Shown piece by piece: positions 1-12,849 of a stretch of 64,000 nucleotides of DNA. The number at the start of each line of letters is the position of its first letter. Position 1 is the stretch's first letter. Source of the stretch: Mobula hypostoma (lineage: Eukaryota). The notes below the pieces were generated by a model. The model saw nothing but the letters and a program-made list of their open reading frames with translations, was not told the DNA's origin and made no database searches. The stretch lies in NCBI RefSeq assembly GCF_963921235.1, contig NC_086108.1:59460001-59524000 (forward strand). The letters run 5' to 3'. The translations under genes and the position numbers were made by a program.

Positions 1-516
1 CTGCTGTTCCCTATGGACCCTACTCAACCTTTGTAGGAATTCCTTCAGCCTCCATGCAAGTTGCTCTCGAGTTACTTTATCATGAATGATATAAGGAACC
101 AGATGGGCTTTGTAAAACTTGCGTGTGGCATTTTTGCATAAAACTATTTTATCCTTAATACGTTTGAATTTTCCGATGGCATTCTCGAACACTACTATTG
201 CATCATACAGTGCCTTTCTTAATTCACTTTCACCTTCACTCAGAATACAATACCCAGTTATCCCTTGCACAGTCAAATGTGTCTATCTTCCCAATGTAGC
301 TAGCTATTTCTGCATTTATTTATTCATGATTAATATCAGCCAGTACTCATTGTTTATGAACCTACGAATTTGTCCATTTTCTGCCTTTTTTTAACTCAAC
401 CATTTCTTCTCTATCCCTTCCAAAGAGACATGTTCTGCACTGCTTTTTTTTTACTTGAACATCTCACTGTGCTTCAACAGGTAGTCTTGGGTTAACTTAG
501 AAAAATATTTCATCAC

Positions 517-755
517 TACTATGTTTTGTAACTCCAGAACATAAAACTAAATTGCAAGAAAAAGATAGGAGTCTAGGAGAACATGTCTTTGTATGTTTTT
601 ACTTTAAGCAAGGTGTGTAGGTATGATATGGCAGCATAATGATGTATACTATTTACATACTTTTACATATAGTCTGCAATGCATTACGTAAGCTGCTTAA
701 TCAAACAGTATCTTTACCATATTACAAATATTACTGAAACATTAAATACACAACA
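517..755 (-). mobile_element. Short solo-LTR-like element inserted in an old CR1
   Basis: Minus strand begins TGTTGTGTATTTAAT and ends ...GGAGTTACAAAACAT. It shares GCTTAATCAA and AATATTACTGAAA(C/T)ATTAAAT blocks with 37797-37970. No coding sequence and no clear TSD. Confidence 0.5.
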
Positions 756-2360
756 ACCTTAGATTCAGTTATTGCTCCTTTAGATTGAAAATTGTAAATG
801 TTACTCCTTTATTAAAAGAGGGAAGGAGACAGAAAACAATAAGCTACAGTTGCTTAGCTTTATTATTATTATTGGTTGAAACTATTATTACAGGGTTCTG
901 AAAAAAAAATCAAGGTATTCAGGCAAAGTCAATTTGACTTTGTAAAAGAAAACTCATGTTTTGCCAATTTATTGGATTTCTTTGAAGAAGTAATGTATGC
1001 TGTGAATAAAAGAGGAAAACAGTGAATATGATATAATTAGATTTCTAGAAGATACTTAATAAGGTGCCACATCAAAGAAAAGTTTTTGGTGCAGGAGGTA
1101 ACATATTCATATCGATAGAATATTAGTTGGTTAATAGGAAACAGACAATAGGCCTATATGGTCTTTTTCTGCTTGGCAAGATGTAATGAGTGTGTGCTAC
1201 AGGGATCAATGCTGTAGCTTCAACTTTGTACAAATTATATTAATGACTTGGATCATCACTAAAGTTTGGGAAAGTAAATTTAGAAGAGGATGTAAGAAGT
1301 CTGAGAGGAATATACTGTAGCTAGGTTGTGAGGAGACCAAGGTTTGGCAAATAGAGCAAAATGCTGGAAAAGGTGAAAATTGTCCATTTTGGCAGGAAAA
1401 TATATTAAAAGATATTTTATGTAAATTATAAGTGATTGCAGAGCCTGGAGATATGGAGGGATCTGAATATCCTGGAGTGAGTGAGGTCTTTGTTGGATCA
1501 TAGAAGATTGTAATGGATCCTGCCAGGGCGAATGGAGGGAGAATACTTGTGTCGAAAACATCTGGGTTTTAAAATAACTTTTAAAGAACCGCAGGTTGCA
1601 CATTTAACAAACGTGGTGAAATCATCCCTTTGAGGGCTGTATGCCTTTAGAATTTTTATCTTTAATGGAAGCTGATTTGTTGAATATCATTCAGGTAGAG
1701 TGAGGAATGTGCTCCATAAGCAAATAATGAAAGATTAACAAAAAAGCATCTGAATCAGGTTTGTATATCACTGGCATATGTTGTGAAATTTGTTGTTTAT
1801 GGCAGCAGTACATTGCAATACATAATATTGAGTATATATACAATATATACAGCATATTTATGTGTGTGTGTATATATAATTATATACTCTGTATGATTAA
1901 ATAAGTAGTGTAAAAAGAAAAAAAGAGAGGAGAAGTAATGAGATAGTGTTCATGGGTTGATTGTCCATTTAGAAATCTGATGACAGAGGGTAAGAGGCTG
2001 TTCCTGAAATGTTGAGTTTGTGTATCTTCATGTTCCTGCACCTCCTTGAAAAGAGGACATGTCCTGGGTGATGGAGGTCCTTAATGATGGTGCTGCCCTT
2101 TTGAGGCACCCCAGAGAGGCAAGTGCTCATGATGGAGCTGGCTGAGTTTACAACTTTCTGCAGCTTTTTCCAATCCTGTCCCGAGGCCCCTCCTTATCAG
2201 ACAGTGATGCAATTAGTTAGAATTCTCTCTTTGGTACATCTGTAGAGATCTGCGAGTGAGGTAAATCTGTGGAAATTTGTGCGGGAATGCAGAGTTGAGG
2301 TTACAGTCAGATCAGCCATAAACTAAAGCTTGAGTGGCTAATTGGCCTATTGCTCCTTCC
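756..2360 (+). mobile_element. Highly decayed CR1 LINE (RT to 3' end), interrupted by a Rex1 tail at 1751-2265
   Basis: Relic motifs resembling VNVTPLLK, KSCxxNLLDFFEEV, LDFxKxxNKVPH and QGSxL. CR1-type 3' end (GATCAGCCAT...TGGCCTATTGCTCCT) near 2310-2360. Confidence 0.75.
1751..2265 (-). mobile_element. Rex1/Babar LINE 3' fragment
   Basis: Tail GAATCAGGTTT...ATCACTGGCATATG and 3' coding remnant match the Rex copies at 20778 and 26678. Confidence 0.75.
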
Positions 2361-2788
2361 CTCTAAATGTTCATTATCATGAACATGGTGCAGAGGGCAT
2401 CTTAATTGAAGATGTCAAAAGACCAATGCATATTAGAATCATTGTGCAGGATATTTTGATGCCATAATTCACATTTCTGTATTTACTCTGATGCTTCCTG
2501 GAATTCTGTCATCATTTCTCAATAACTTCTTTATCATTGCAAGATACCACAGAATAGCCATGAATTTAAATGGTGGTATACCTGCAATGTGTATAAGCCA
2601 GATTCTGTTTTGAAAACTCTCACAGTCATCGCAATTTTCATTTGTAAGATCCTAGAGCTAATTTGTGGGGCTTTTCTGCATTCTTTGCACCACACAGGGT
2701 GATCTATTGCAAGATCTGAAATGTATCAGCACTAGACCTCCCTGTTATAACCTTGCCAACCACCCCTTAAAGAGCACATATGTGCACC

Positions 2789-2795
2789 TGTGCGC

Positions 2796-2866
<71 letters not shown>
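2789..2866. repeat. Compound (TG/CG)n(CA)n microsatellite
   Basis: TGTGCGCGCGTGCGCGCGCGCA followed by a long (CA)n run, uninterrupted purine-pyrimidine alternation. Confidence 0.97.
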
Positions 2867-2867
<1 letters not shown>

Positions 2868-3094
2868 CTTGAGGACTCTTCCTGCAACTTAGAAATATTA
2901 CTGCTTCAAGAATGGATGCTACCATGAAGGAAGGGGAGTGGATGCGTTCTCTTAGGGTCTCAGGTACAGGCTGGTGAAGAAGAGTGCCAGGAAAAGGATA
3001 CCCTTCATAAAAGAAGCCACAAACCCCCCAGGGCTACAAACAGACACTGCAACCAAGAGGTTCTCATTTACTTTAACCCTTGCAACATAGAATC

Positions 3095-3310
3095 CCACAC
3101 ACAGAGAGTACAAGAGGAACTCAATAGGTCTGGCATGATCTATGGAAGGGAATAAACAGTTTTAAATTTGGGCTGAGACTCTTCAGGATCCTGATGATTA
3201 GCCTTGGCCCAAATTATTGATTGCTTCCCTCCATAGATGCTGCCCAACTTGCTGAGATCCTCCAGCATTTTGTGTGCATTACGCAGGATTTCCAGCACTG
3301 GCAGAATTCT
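3095..3310. mobile_element. Palindromic Penelope-derived mini-element (two terminal units fused head-to-head)
   Basis: Left arm is the approximate reverse complement of the right arm. Centre TCAGGATCCTGA at 3183-3194. Arms match the Penelope terminus at 3674-3805. Confidence 0.75.
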
Positions 3311-3767
3311 TATGCCTATAGAATGGAATCAGACCATCTGGTTTATTGAGTCTATGCTTCATCTCAGAACAATCACATCAAACCAATTGGACTGTTCATG
3401 CCCCGGTAAGCTATTCTGTCATATATATCCATTACATTCTCCCCTCTTACCCCTACCAGTTCCTATACATGAGGTAATTTGAAGTAGCCAACTAACCTAA
3501 CAACCAGTAAGGCTGTGGGACCGAATGACGTCCCTGGGCGGATATGTGTGGCTCAGCTGGCAAGTGTGTTTACAGACATTTTTTATCTCACCCTCTCCCA
3601 GTGTAGAGTGCACTCCTACTTCAAAACATCCACAATTGTTCTTGTACCTAAAAGGACCAAGGTAACATGCAATCACAAGAAAATCTGCAGATGCTGGAAA
3701 TTCAAGCAACACACACAAAAAATGCTGGTGAATGCAGCAGGCCTGGTAGCATCTATAGGAAGAGGTA

Positions 3768-3805
3768 CAGTCGACATTTCGGGCCGAGACCCTTCGTCAG
3801 GACTA
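3768..3805 (-). ncRNA. Minimal type I hammerhead ribozyme motif of the Penelope-like element
   Basis: Minus strand UAGUC-CUGACGA-A-GGGU(CUCG)GCCC-GAAA-UGUC-GACUG: stem I UAGUC/GACUG, core CUGANGA and GAAA, stem II GGGU/GCCC, GUC cleavage triplet. Confidence 0.75.
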
Positions 3806-4060
3806 ACTGAAAGAAGAGATAATAAGAGATTTGAAAGTGGGAGGGGTAGGGGGAGATCCGAAATGATAGGAGAAGACAGGAGGAGGAGGGATGGAGCTAA
3901 GAGCTGGAAAGTCGATTGGCAAAAAGGATACAAGGCTGGAGAAATGAGAGGATCATGGGTTGGGAGGCCTAGGGAGAAAGAAAGGGTGGGGGGGTGGAAC
4001 CCAGAGGATGGGCAAGGAGTCATAGTGAGAGGGATAGAGAGAGAATAAAAGGGGAAAGAA

Positions 4061-4110
4061 AATAAATAAATAAACAAACAAACAAACATACATAAATAAA
4101 TAAACAAATA
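4061..4110. repeat. (TAAA/CAAA/CATA)n tetranucleotide tract inside the Penelope UTR
   Basis: AATAAATAAATAAACAAACAAACAAACATACATAAATAAATAAACAAATA. Confidence 0.9.
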
Positions 4111-4831
4111 AGGGATGGGGTATGAAGGGGAGGTGGGGCATTAACGGAAGTGAGAGAAGTCAATATTCATGCCATCAGGTTGGAGGCTACCCAGACGGAA
4201 TATAAGGTGTTGTTCCTCCAACCTGAGTGTGGCTTCATCTTGACAGTAGAGGAGGCCGTGAATAGACATATCAGAATGGGAATGGGAAGTGGAATTAAAA
4301 TGTGTGGCCACTGGGAGATCCTGCTTGCTCTGGCGGACGGAGCGTAGGTGTTCAGCGAAATGGTCTCTCAGCCTGCGTCGGGAACAACTGGCGTCCTGTC
4401 GCACTTACCTCAATAATAAGCAAATGCTTTGAGAGGCTGGTCAAGGATTACATCTGCAGCTTGCTACCGCCCACAATGAACCCCCTACAATTCGCTTACC
4501 CACAAAACTGATAGACAGATGACGCAATAGCCACAGGCTTACACACTGTCCTTACATATCTGGTGAAGAAGAATGCTTATGTGAGAATGCTGTTCTTGGA
4601 CTACAGTTCAGCATTCAACACCGTAGTTCCCTCCAGACTTGACAAGGAACTCAGAGACCTCGGCTTTCACCCTGCCTTGTGCAGCTGGATCCTGGACTTC
4701 CTGACAGATCGCTGGCAGGTGGTAAGAGTGGGCTCCCTTACCTTTGCTCCTCTGACTCTCCTAAGCCCCTTCCTTTACTCTCTGTATACCCAAGAATTTG
4801 TCACCACCCACAGCTTCAATCTGGTAGTTAA

Positions 4832-7425
4832 GGCCATAACACCATAAGACACAGGAGCAGAATTAGACCATCTGGCCCATCGAGTTTGCTCTGCCATTCA
4901 ATCATGGCTGATCCTTTTTTTCTATCTTCCTCAACCCCAGTTCCCGCCCTTCTCCCCGTAACCTTTGATGCCATGTCCAATCAAGAACCTATCAATCTCT
5001 GCCTTAAATACACCCAACGACCTGGCTTCCACAGCTGCATGTGGCAACAAATTCCACAAATTCACCACCCTTTGGCTAAAGAAATTTCTCTGCATCTCTG
5101 TTTCAAAAGGGTGGCCCTCTCTCCTGAGGCTGTGCCCTCTTGTCCTTTCCACATCTACTCTGTTTCAACATTCAAAAGGTTTCAATGAGATTCCCCCTTC
5201 ATCCTTCTGAACTCCAGTCAGTTCCTCGTATGATAACACTTTCATTCCTGGAATTATCTTCGTGTACCTCCTCTGGACCTCTCTAATGCCAGCACATCTT
5301 TTCTAAGATGAGGGGCCCAAAACTGTTCACAATACTCAAGGTGAGGCCTCACCAGTGCCTTATAAAGCCTCAGCATCACATCCTTGCTCTTGTATTCTCG
5401 ATCTCTTGAAATGAATGCTAACATGGCATTTGCCTTCCTCACCACCGACTCGACCTGCAAGTTAACCTTTAAGGTGTTCTGCACAAGGACTCCCAAGTCC
5501 CTTTGCATCTTAGGTTTTTGAAATTTCTCCCTGTTTAGAGAATAGTCCACACATTTATTTCTACTACCAAAGTCCATGACCGTGCATTTTCCAACATTGT
5601 ATTTCATTTGCCACTTTCTTGTCCATTCTCTTAAGCTGTCTAAGTCCTTCTACATCCTACCTGTTTCCTCAAAACTACCTGCTCTCCACCAATCTTTGTA
5701 TCATCTGCAACCTTGGCAACAAAGCCATCTATTCCATCATTTAAATCATTTGTATATAGCATAAAAAGAAGTGGGCCCAACACCAACCCCTGCGGAACAC
5801 CACTACTCACTGGCAGCCAACCAGAAAAGGATACTTTTATTCCCACTCGCTGCCTCCTACCAATCAGCCAATGGTCTAATCAGGTTAGTAAATTTCCTGT
5901 AATACCATTAGCTCTTAACTTGGTAAGTAGCCTCATGTGTGGCACCTTGTCAAAGGCCTTTTGAAAGTCTAAATATACAACATCCACTGCATCTCCTTTA
6001 TCTATTCTGCTTGTAATCTCCTCAAAGAATTCCAACAGGTTTGTCAGGTAGGATTTTCCCTGAAGGAACTATGTCACCAAGTACTCCATCACCTCATCCT
6101 TAACAATTGACTCTAACATCTTCCCAACCACTGAGGTCAGGCTAACTGATTTATCACTTCCTTTCTGCTGTCTTCCTCCTTTCTTAAAGAGTGGAGTGAC
6201 AGTGACAATTTTCCAGTACTCTGGCACCATGCCAGAGTCCAATGATTTTTGAAAGATCATTTCTAATGACACCACAATCTCTAACGCTACCTCTTTCAGA
6301 ACCCTAGGGTACAGTTCCTCTGGTCCGGGTGACTTGTGTACCGTTAAGCCTTTTAGCTTTTTGAGCACCTTCTCTCTTGTATCAGTAACTGCACCCACTT
6401 CTCTTCCCTCACACACTACAACATCAGGCATACTGCTGGTTTCTTTCACAGTGAAGATTGATGCTTAATACTCATTTAGTTAATCAGCCATCTCCTTACC
6501 CCCGTTATCATTTCTGCTGCCTCATTTTCTAGCAGTTCCATGTCCACCCTCATTTCTCTTTTATGTTTAATGTACTTGAAAGAGCTTTGACTATCCACTT
6601 TGATATTATTTGCTAGCTTGCTTTCATATTTCATCTTTTCCCTTCTAATAATTCTTTTAGTTGCTCTCTAGGTTTTTAAAAACTTCCCAATCCTCTATCT
6701 TCCCACTAATTTTTGCTTTGTTGTGTGCCCTCTCTTTTGTTTTTACATCAGCCATGGTTGTACTATTTTACCATTTGAGTATTTCTTCATTTTTGGAATA
6801 CACATGTCCTGCACCTTCTTCATTTCTCCCAGAAATGCATGCCATTGCTGCTCTGCTGACATCCCTGCCAGCAGCTCCTTCCAGTTTACTTTGGCCAACT
6901 CCTCTCTCATACCACTGAAATTTCCCTTACTCCACCGAAATACTGCTACATCAGATTTACCCTTCTCCCTATCAAATTTCAAGATGAACTCAATCATATT
7001 GTAATCACTGGTTCCTAAGGGTTCTTTTACCTTAAGCTCCCCAATCAGCTCCGATTCATTACATAACATCTAATTCAGTATAGCTGATCCCCTAGTAGGC
7101 TCATCTGCTCTAAAAACCCATCTCTTAGGCATTTAACAAACTCACTGTCTTGAGATCCGTTACCAACCTGATTTTCTGATTGACTTGCTTGTTAAAATCT
7201 CCCATGATTACCATAACATTGCCCTTTTGACTAGCCTTTTCTACATCCTGTTGTAATCTGTAGTCCACCTCCCAGCCACTGTTGGGATGCCTGTATATAA
7301 CAGCCAACAATGTCCATTTTTTACACTTGCAGTTGCTTAACTCAACCCACAAGGATTCAACATCTTCCGATGCTGTCACATCTTTTTACTGGTTTGATGC
7401 CATTCTTTACCAGTAGAGTCACACC
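4832..7425 (-). mobile_element. CR1 (HER1-like) LINE, 5'-truncated, APE remnant plus RT plus 3' tail
   Basis: ORF pieces [68 protein letters not shown]. (CTTATGGT)-type tail at 4832-4850. Confidence 0.95.
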
Positions 7426-9065
7426 AATTTGCTGATGATACCATATTGATTGGCCTTAACTTAAATAATAACGAGGCAGCCTATAGAGAAGTCACCATCA
7501 GCTGGACACAGTGGTGTCGAGAAAATAATCTCTCCCTCAATGTCACAAAAACAAAGGAGCTGGTTGTGGACTACAGGAGGAATGGGGAGAGGCAAACCCC
7601 TACTGACATCAATCGATCTGGGCTTGAGCGGGTGAACAGCTTTGAGTTCCATGGCATACACCTCACCAAGGATCTCACTTGGTCTGTACATACTGGCTGT
7701 GTGGTGAGAAAAGCACAACAGCTCCTCTTTCACTTCAGACAGTTGAAGAAGTTTGACATGAGTCCCAAATATTAAGGACTTTCTACAGGGGCACAATTGA
7801 GAGCATCCTGACTGGCTGCATCATTGCCTGGTGATGTGAACGAATACTGAAGAAATAGGAATCCAGAGTCACCCACAGTACATGAAAACACCATCGAGTC
7901 AGCATCAGAGTTATGGACTGAACTGGATGCTGGCATAAATGTTCCTATATGGTTTTATACACTGCATGAGTGCTTGAAGATTCTGTGTTTACTGTAATGT
8001 ATAGTTTGACAATATTTAATCAGTGTTTACCTTTGAAACAATTTTGCTAATTAAAATGCTATCTAATTGTTTTTAATTAAACAACCACAGAGAACTGGAA
8101 TACTAGTTGGATTAGCATGATGGCTATGATTAAAATTCACAGCAATTGCAAGATAGGGCTGTAAGCATCACATATGTAAGTTTACTTAATTTTTTTTATG
8201 AATGGCAGCTAGTAACTTAAACTGAAACATAATTTAAATACAGAAGGGAATAGAAATTCATGGGTAAGAAATCATGGAAGTTAACTTGTGAAAAACTTAA
8301 GCATTTTGTAATGGAAATAGAAGAAAATTATAAGCTCAGTTAGGAAAATGAATATTGAACAGTGCAAAGTATGATAAAGATTATGGAGTAGGTATTGTTC
8401 TTACCTATTGCAAAACTAAATTTGAAATTGGTAGCAGAGGTCAAAAATTAGGTTGGACAATTTCAGGAATAAATTTCAGTAAAATTATAGCCCAAAGAGA
8501 AGTCTGAATCATGTATCAGCAATCAATGTTTAATGCAATACATTGATGTGATTTTCTGCACTGAAATTTCTACATAGGAATGTAATAACTGCAAAATGTA
8601 ATAGACAGAGGTCATGGTGTGTATCATCTACCACCCTGATAAGCTTTTAATACAAAATAGTTGCTTTTGAATAATCATAGGAATCAATCCTTCACAATTA
8701 ATCTACAATAAATCCAGACGCAATTTAAAAAGGAACTGTGAAGAAGATCTTTGTATCTAGATCACCAGTTCCTTCCAAAATTACCGCACTTATCATATCG
8801 TGTCTCAAATTACTCACACGCTGATGCCCTAAGTGTTAATTCTGAGAGAAATCTATATAAATTGTATTTGAATGAAATAATATCTTCTGGGTCCTTTCTC
8901 TCTATAGATTGTCCATTTGCTCTCTGAAATATCATTTTCACAAACTGTATTAAATTTCCCCCATCAACTTCCCACACACATTCCAAGTGTTGACCATGCT
9001 CTTTTGTTTAAACATTTGAAATGAAGAGTTAACCCATCTGTTATTTATACTATTTTGGATATTTA

Positions 9066-12000
9066 AAGTTCAATGTTCAAAGTTCAAATTAAGTTTATTA
9101 TCAAAGTACATAAATATCACCAAATACAACCTTGAGATTCATTTTCTTGTGGGCACCCACAGTAAATCCAAGAAGCACAATAGAATCAATGAAACACCAC
9201 CTTCCACGAGATGGACAAACAACCTATTTGCAAAAGACAACAAACTCTGCAAAAACAAAAAGAGAAAAAAATAATGAAAGGATGTAAAAAATAACTGGTA
9301 ATAGATTCTGTAATTCTAAATTAAGCCCTGCAGGAAAGGAAAAATCTTTCATGTTGTTATATTGACGACCAAAAAGAATTTGACCCTGTCCCACACTTAT
9401 AAGGTCTCAATATATATAAACTACACCCAATACTTGTGAAATTCCTACAACATCTGATGAAGCATCGGCGTAATATAATCACCTTTTCTATTAACAACCA
9501 AAAAAGAACAATCATTGTTAACAAAATAAACCGAGGGTTTTTCCAGGGTGATTCTCACCGTCCACTATGCTTTTGTTTAGCTTTAAATCCGCTCTCTAAT
9601 TTACTGAATTGGATGAAAGGAGTATCAGATCAGAAATAACCGAATGAATTATATCTTGACATACGTTCTATACATGGACGATTTGAAATTATACACTCCT
9701 TCATCAGTAAAGCTAAAGCAACTAATTCAAATAGTGGAACTATTTTCTAAAGGTATAAACATGAACTTTGGACTAGATAAGTGCAGGACTTTAAAGAGAA
9801 AGAAAGGTGCAATAGAGCTAGCAGAATATAAGACAGAGCAGCAGGATACAATACAACTGATGGATGAATATGAAACATCCAAGTATCTGGAATATTAACA
9901 AGCAAAGAAAGTAGATCATAGTGTGATAAAGGGAAATCTTACAACAAATTTACTTCAAGGTTTAAGGAAATCTGCCAAACAGAGCTCAACAGTAAAAATA
10001 TAACAAAGGTAACAAACACTTTCACTATACCCATAATAATGTATTCTTTTGGCAAAATATCTTGGTCCAAAACCGATCTGGAAAATTTACAAAGAAAAGT
10101 AAGTAATGAAATGACAAATCTTAGAAAACACTATGTACTGTACACGCAAATGCTCTTAGATTAACATTACGAGGACGGAAGGAGAAGAAGGATTAACAGA
10201 CATAAACATTTGCACAATAGTTAGATATATTTTCCTAAGGATATATTTTCATCAATGAAAACAGGGTTCAGCTCTCCATGCGAGTATATGCAATTCTGAT
10301 AAGAAGTACACACCACTAAATTTACATGAAAGCACAACCCAGAAAAAAGAAGAAATTATTACTACAGAAGAGAAGTTTAATTGATGGCAGAGCATGACCC
10401 TCCATGGAAGACATCCCCACAATCTGGGCAAACTAGAGGTCGAACAGGAAGTGTCAAATGCCTGGCTCAGAATTGGAGAACTCTTCTCAGAAACAAAGGG
10501 GTTCCTGGCAATACAGGATCAGGTGGGTACATAAAAACACATAAGGAAAGATCAACAAATTCAAGACGATAAATGCAGAAGATGCCAAGAGAAACCAGTA
10601 ACAATCCAATACGTTACAAGATTCAACAACAGTTTAATTCAATCTGATTACTTCACAGGCACAATCCAGTGGCAAACATTTTTCACCAATACAAGCCTCA
10701 TCCAGATTTAGAGTCAGAGTCCAACATATCACATTACGACTGATCCATTACCACAGATAGGACAATCCATCATAACCACCCGGAAATAATATTACAGGAT
10801 AAACAAACGAGAACAACTTACTTAATAAGTAGACCCATTCTAAACACACATAACATACAAAAATTAATAAGTGAAAACACCAGAAATATGCTGAATTAAA
10901 AGAGGAAATTGAAAGGCTATGAAACATGAGCAGGTTATACATTGTCCAAATAGCATTATCTACACCTGGTACCATCCCAAAGACACAATAGCATTAAACA
11001 ATTAGACCTACAGAGCAATGTTCATGCAAATCTCCAGAAAGCCACTACTAGAATGGTCTTTGAGTTTCAATGAATTGAGAAATGTGTGTACTTGGCTATG
11101 CCCGTACCTTAGGTTTTACCTGCTTGAGCTGAAAAAAATTAAAAATATAATACTACTATTACTACTAATAATACATAAGTAAGCAATAAATATCAAGAAC
11201 ATAACATGAAGAGTCTTTGAAAGTGAATCCATAGGTTGTGGGAACAGTTCAGTAATGGAACGTGTGAAGTTGAGTGAAGTTATCCCCTCTGGTTCAAGAG
11301 CCTGATGGTTGAGGGGTAATAACTGTTCCTGAATCTGGTGTGTGGGTTCTGGGTACCTTCTTCCTGATGGCAGCATGGCCTAGATGGTGAGGCTCCTTGA
11401 TGAATGATATTACTTTCCTGCTTTCCTTTATGTAGATGTGTTTAAAGGTGTGATGGCTTTACCTGTGATAGACTGGTCTGCTTTTCCATTCAAGGCAATT
11501 GGTTTTCCATACCAGGCTATGAAACAGCCAGTCAATATACTCTCTATTACACATCTATAGGAATTTGTCAAAGTTCTAGATGACATGCCAACTCTTCACA
11601 AACGTCTGAGAAAGTAGAAGCACAGCCGTGCTTTCTTTGCAATGGCACTTATGTGCTGGACCCAGGTCAGATCCTCTGAAATGATAACACTGAGGAATTT
11701 ACTGTTGCTGACTCAGGACTTTGATTCCCCAGGACTGGCTCATGAACCTCTGGTTTACTCCTCCTGAAGTCAATAATCAGCTCCTTGGTCTTGCTGATAT
11801 TGCATGAGAGGTTGTTGCTGTGACACCACTCAGTCAGAAGTTTAGTCTTCCTCCTATATGCTGATTCATCACCACTGTTAATTAGGCCTACAACAGTGGT
11901 GCCATCAGCAAACTTAAGTATGGCATTGGAGCTGTGCTTAGCCTCATAGTCATAAGTATAAAGCGAGTAGAGCACTGGTCTAGGCACACACATTTGTGAG

Positions 12001-12480
12001 GCACCTACACTGTTGAGATTGCGGAGGAGATATTGTTCCCAATCCAAACAGACTGGGGTCTGCTAGTGAGTAAATTGAGGATCCAGTTGCACAAGGAGGA
12101 TTTGAGGCCAAGGTCTTGAAGGCTTTCAATTCATTTTGGGGGGGTTAAAGTATTGAATGTGAGCTGTTGACGATGAAGAGCATCCTAATGTATGTATCTT
12201 CACTGTCCAGGTGTTCCAGTGTTGAGTGAAAAGCCAATGACATAGCATCTGTTGTGATCTGTTGTGATAGTGGTTTCACTTTGTATGAGGTAATAGCATT
12301 CAAGCCCTGCCACAGCTGTCAAGCATCCTTCAGTGATTCAAGTTTGGTCTGGAAATGCCAATTCACGCATTATTTGGCTTACAGAATCTGTACCTGTACC
12401 TCTTGCACTTTGCTTGGTCACCAGAACAAAATGCTACTGACCTGGTCCTCAGCAGATTGCGGGTCTCATGTTCATCCAAG
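9066..12480 (-). mobile_element. Rex1/Babar LINE (3' tail 9066-9276, body 11150-12480) split by an R4/Dong insertion
   Basis: Tail pieces on both sides join into the same Rex 3' UTR seen at 62900-63140. ORF 11667-12047 reads LYSLYTYD...KFADGTTVVGLI...SKTKELIIDFRR. Confidence 0.85.
9277..11140 (+). mobile_element. R4/Dong-clade non-LTR retrotransposon (RT, zinc knuckle, restriction-like endonuclease), 5'-truncated and decayed
   Basis: Motifs KGCK..L.IDSV, IDDQKEFDPVPH, INRGFFQGDS..PLCFCLALNPLS, LYMDDLKLY, MNFGLDKC, QDQV, DKCRRCQEKPVTIQ, RHNPVANIFHQ, TDRTIHHNHPEIIL, KYAELKEEIERL. Confidence 0.88.
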
Positions 12481-12849
12481 GGACAATCCTTTATACAGTG
12501 GGTACATTTTGGAGGTTTGGAGGAAAATTTATAGGACATCCTTGAAGCTCCTGGATATTCAGATCTTAGTTTACTGAATTTTAAAACAGCAAACATGTAA
12601 TGCTCATTAAGTTATTAGTTTTTTAAAAATTTAACCTACACCTACATATCACCTTTCTAGGAAGAATGTGGCCAATTTAAATTCAGTGTCCTCATTATTT
12701 AATCCCTTTACATAAAAATTAATATTATTTACCCAGAATTACGTGATGCAGTCAAATTGCCAGTTGATTTAGATCTCTCATAGAACATGAATACAAAATG
12801 GTCTCAAACTGATAGTCAGTGTACACACATATAGTGTATTCATCAGACT

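Larger units (their letters stand above)
3674..4380 (-). mobile_element. Penelope-like element 3' part (GIY-YIG endonuclease C-terminus plus terminal repeat)
   Basis: ORF 4141-4380 reads RRLRDHFAEHLRSV...PVATHFN...LEEQHLIFRLGSLQPDGMN, typical of PLE GIY-YIG C-termini. It is followed by a pyrimidine-rich UTR and a hammerhead motif. Confidence 0.88.
3509..7832 (+). mobile_element. Rex1/Babar LINE RT region in three pieces (3509-3670, 4382-4831, 7426-7832)
   Basis: Pieces join into one RT: FKTSTIVLVPK / NNWRPVALTSIISKCFERLVK...[13 protein letters not shown]...LSPFLYSLYT / KFADDT...NNLSLNVTKTKELVVDYRR. Confidence 0.9.

Noticed and set aside
2665..2892. His-Thr repeat protein
   Set aside because: It is the translation of the (CA)n microsatellite.
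3515..4048. 177-aa ORF
   Set aside because: Chimeric read-through from a Rex1 RT fragment into the antisense Penelope UTR.
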